From: the human T2T-CHM13v2.0 reference genome, Homo sapiens
DNA: 64,000 nt
Assembly (NCBI RefSeq): GCF_009914755.1
Contig: NC_060928.1
Strand: one strand, 5' to 3'
The position numbers were made by a program, and so were the translations under genes. The notes under the pieces were generated by a model that saw only the letters and a list, made by a program, of their open reading frames with translations, made no database searches and was not told the DNA's origin. How positions within the stretch are numbered: position 1 is the stretch's first letter; every line of letters begins with the position of its first letter. Positions 60,144-64,000 of this stretch are shown piece by piece.

Positions 60144-62805
60144 GTGAAATTCAATTTTCCCTAGCAGTAGTGACAATTACATTTCACAAATATTTATTTT
60201 ACATTATTCTTAATTATTTTTAAGTTTTGCTATAATGAATTATTTTCATATTTTGTCTAGCTAATCTTGTTAGTGTTCAGTGAAGAACAGTAACACTAAT
60301 TTATTTATGTGATAGTGTGTTCATCTTTTCATACTTAATCACTGTAATGAATGACATTGTTCAGTCAACACCAAAGTGCTAAGTTTTTCTAATTTTCTTT
60401 ACTTCCATCTGTTAAACAAAATTTGAAGATCAAGTGTTTTGTGTTTAATTTAGTTCACAGGAATGCTTGTGTGTTCCTGATTCAATTTAGTCATTTTCCC
60501 TCAATGGCCATGAAGAGCTGTGTTAAATTGAAGTGTTATTAGAGTAAAGTGCTCTGGTATTTAGAATACACCATGGGGTTAGGGGAATGTTAATTGCTAT
60601 CAAGTGAAAACATGGACTATAACATCTACGTGCAATGTGCTTTTATTATAAAAATGATAAAAATCTAGAGATATAATCCACGAAATTGGCCTAAAATTCA
60701 ATTTATAAGCTAAGTAGTGTAATTTATTTTGATTGCACTTGCAGGGAGAATGTGAATTGCAAAGTGGGCATAATCTTCAAGGCAGTATTAATGAATTGTT
60801 CCCTTTTGCCCTATATGATAGAAGTGTTGTAATAATCAGCTAAAAAGCAAAAATAAAAAATAAACAAAAGCATTTATAAGCAATCGTCATATTATAAAAT
60901 ACCAACTTGAACATGCATAGGACTCTATTTTGCAATACAAAATTTATACTAAGAATATAATTAATATTATAAACAAAATAATTTGAATATATTTGGTATA
61001 TTTGAATATGTTTCCCGAATGGTCAATCTTTTAAAATCTCAGCTAGCTTGTATATTCAGGAATTTGAGTTCTTTGAGAAACCATTCTAAATGTTATTATA
61101 TGGATCTTAGCTAAAGTTGGAGAGATACCAGGACCATATATACCAATATAAAAAAATAACATGCTTTGTTAAATGATTTTAGCAGAGATATGTTTTTAAT
61201 CAATTATTATTTTTAACAAGTTCAATAATATTCTATATTGTCTCCAAAGATGGTGATTTTGCATTGTTAGGAGGAGATATGGCTTTTCTACATTTTTTAA
61301 ATGCAATAATATAGTCTTTTAGAGCTATGTATTTTGGAAACTATATATTTGTAACTTATAACCAGAGTAAGAAACAATCTTGAATTACCAAGGAAAAGGA
61401 AGTTTCCAGGGAAGTGAGAAAATAGAGCTGATTTGTGAATTTTCTGTGAAGGAAGAAGAGAAAAATGCAGACAGAGAATGAGTAGAAGAATTCTCTAAAT
61501 TAAAAAAAAAGTAAAATTGGACAGACTTTCAGCAGGTTTATGTATTTGGAAAAGAATTAGTATCAAGAAAAACTCTATTATTCTCAGAACAACTGGAATT
61601 GGAACTAAACATTGAAAGAAAAACAGTGACTAATCATTTGGGGATTATTGCTAAATAATGCAGTTATTTATTTCAGTCCATTTGCATATATCCTACTACA
61701 GTAAACTAATTTTCTCAAAATACAGAGATCCTGGTCAAATTGCAGTGGAGCATGGCAGAAATTCACAGAAACAAATAACATCTGAATGAGTTTATGTAAC
61801 AGTGAGGATTTCTTAAATTCTACAAATGAAACAAACTTGGGTAAAGAAAAATCAGACTTGCAACTAATTCTGTAATACATTCAGGCAGATTTTGTGAGAT
61901 TAGGTTTCAATTAAATTTATACAAAGGCAGAAAAGATATGAAACCCTATTATATCTCTTTTTTCCTTTGTATTCTTTCTTATGATACATTGTCTTATTTG
62001 CACTTTCTTTGCCTCAGCCAAATTATTTTTAGGAGGCCCTTTTTTGTATGCTCCGAAGAAATGAAACCATGCATAACATATTTATTTATTAATATTAAAT
62101 AGGAAAATAAATAAATGAATGAAAAAGGAGATGAACAAGTATTTGTCCAAGTCTTTATCAGCAATAACTTCAAAGAAATCCATGTGGGAAAATGTCCTAT
62201 GAAAGGTGTTTCCACACTTATGACTTGAGAACTTGGCAATAAAGCTTCACTTGTAAATGAATGTAGAATGTAAAAGAAAACAAAGTGAACTTCTAGGGAA
62301 AACAGTATGATTCAAAACAAAGAAATAAAAGCTTTTCAAGAAACACCTTATAAAGCAGTTTTTTTTTTTAATTTTTTTTTTTTTTTTAGTATTCCTTCAT
62401 GGTGTTCTTGAGTTTTATAGGGATTTTATTAATAGAAAACTGAGCCACTAAGGTCTTCAACCTTAGTTGATGTAAAGCACCATTCAGAACCATATGTATA
62501 AATCTTCTGAAGATTTATGTGACCCTGAAATCCAACCTGGAGAAAACGTAATGTTAAATTCTTGCTTAGCACTTACTGGCAGATCGAAGCAAAATTATGC
62601 AATTGATGAAGTTTATCTTTGGCGTACCATTCCTTCTTCCTGTTGAAACATCCATTTTCTGTGGTGATAACTCTCCCTTTCACTCCACCGGCCCAGGTGC
62701 TTCACATTTTCTCATCCGTTAAACACAAGCTACGGAAAAGGAAATCTGTGCTATCACCATTTTCAAAACCTTGATAAAACTGGTGCTTTTAACAGAGTAA
62801 ATTCC

Positions 62806-62876
62806 ATGATCATGACAATGATGATAATGGTGATGATGATAATGCTGATGATAGTGATGATGATGATAATGATGAC
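62806..62876. repeat. Degenerate (GAT)n trinucleotide repeat
   Basis: ATGATGATAATGGTGATGATGATAATGCTGATGATAGTGATGATG. Confidence 0.9.
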
Positions 62877-63321
62877 TTTTGAAGTTTTCTCAGAACTGAT
62901 AACGTTTTATATCCTAGTTTCTTCCACCACCCATTCAACCACTCTTCTCTTTTTTTGAATGCATCCTGTCAATTCCTGAATCTGCTACTAAGTGAACCTT
63001 GCTCTGTGGAGTAACATTCCTTTCACTTGATTTGTCAATGTGGTTTTCTGTCTTTAATACTTAAAAAATAAAAAAAAATAGGAATAATACATGCTAGTAT
63101 CAAATTAAATGTTCTCTTTCTACCTCTTGTTCTTCATGCTCTCTCTTTCCCTCCTTCCGATAGTGCCAAAAATGTTTTTACGAAAAACTTCATTTTAGAA
63201 TATTTGTATTCAGTCTGCCTAGGATTTTTCTAACGGTTTTGTTCATTAGTTATACAACAATTTGAAGGTAAAGGCTATTATTTTTCCTTTATATCTTCCA
63301 AATAGTATTAAATATACTAGG

Positions 63322-63807
63322 TGTATTAGTTATCGATTGCTTCAAAACAAATTACCACAAATTTATCAACTTATAAGCACACACATTTATTATCTCACAG
63401 TTTCTGTGGGTCAGGAATCCAGATACTGCATAACTGGGTCATTTTCTTCTGGGTCTCTTACAAGTCTGCCATCAAGGTGTCAGCCATAGCTGTTTCATCT
63501 GAAAGCTCAACTAGGAAAGGTTTCACTTCTGAGTTCATTTGGTTTTGGAAGGATTTGGTTTCCTTCCTGTTATTGGACTGAGGGCCTCAGTTTCTTGCTG
63601 ATTGTTGGCAGTGGGCACCCAGAGAGAGGGAGATAATTTGTTAGTAAAATAAAAGTTACAGTCTTTATAAGCTAATCACAAAAGTGACACCCCTCAAGTT
63701 TGAGATATTTTATTGGTTAGGAACAAATTATTCAATAGACAGGGACTTACACAGCTCATAAATGGGGTTGGGGACACTGGGAGCCATCTTAGAAGTAACC
63801 TAACACA
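63322..63807 (-). mobile_element. MLT1F-like MaLR solo LTR
   Basis: TGTATTAGTTATC..ACATTTATTATCTCACAGTTTCTGTGGGTCAGGAATCC..GACTGAGGGCCTCAGTTTCTTGCTG..GCCATCTTAGAAGT..CCTAACACA. Confidence 0.82.
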
Positions 63808-64000
63808 GTATTTGCTAAACTGTATATCAATCATTTACAATTTATTTTGGCCTAAAATCCTTATATGCTGCTTTAATGAATATTTGTGTTTTAGGCATTT
63901 CTATGAATCAGTTCTTGTTATAAAAATTCAAAGCATGTGAAGAAAAGATGTTAGAACATGAGAAGTAGTAGAGCTTTCTAAAACTCTGTTTTGTCTCATT

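Noticed and set aside
60290-60850. Repeat-free stretch with homeobox/SOX-like words, possible conserved enhancer
   Set aside because: Conservation cannot be judged from one sequence, and the motifs are short and AT-rich

Overview
AT-rich human (primate) genomic DNA. It looks like a gene desert or a long intron, and much of it is retrotransposon or DNA-transposon debris. No host protein-coding exon, RNA gene or CRISPR array could be supported; nearly all listed ORFs are pieces of L1, Alu or LTR elements, or chance ORFs. The dominant feature is a full-length (~6.02 kb) minus-strand L1HS of the pre-Ta type (ACG/G 3'-UTR diagnostics). It inserted at the poly(A) tail of an AluY with a 15-bp target-site duplication (TSD). 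ORF1 is broken by a 1-bp deletion and ORF2 by a 1-bp insertion plus a nonsense codon, but the YY1 site, the antisense-promoter region, the 71-aa ORF0 and its splice donors are intact. Three older 5'-truncated plus-strand L1PA copies are present. One has a twin-priming micro-inversion and hosts a nested L1 with a possible short 3' transduction. Also present: six Alus, several MaLR/ERV solo LTRs, MER1A, Tigger2a, MER63-like elements, a decayed hAT-Charlie transposase, and L2/MIR fossils. Non-repeat oddities include a 234-bp local templated duplication containing a hairpin, a 43-bp dispersed duplication, several short tandem duplications, a SOX-OCT composite motif, and candidate non-coding exons including a possible recursive-splice site. 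I found no evidence for a wholly new biological system. Subfamily names come from recalled consensus sequences and need RepeatMasker/Dfam confirmation.
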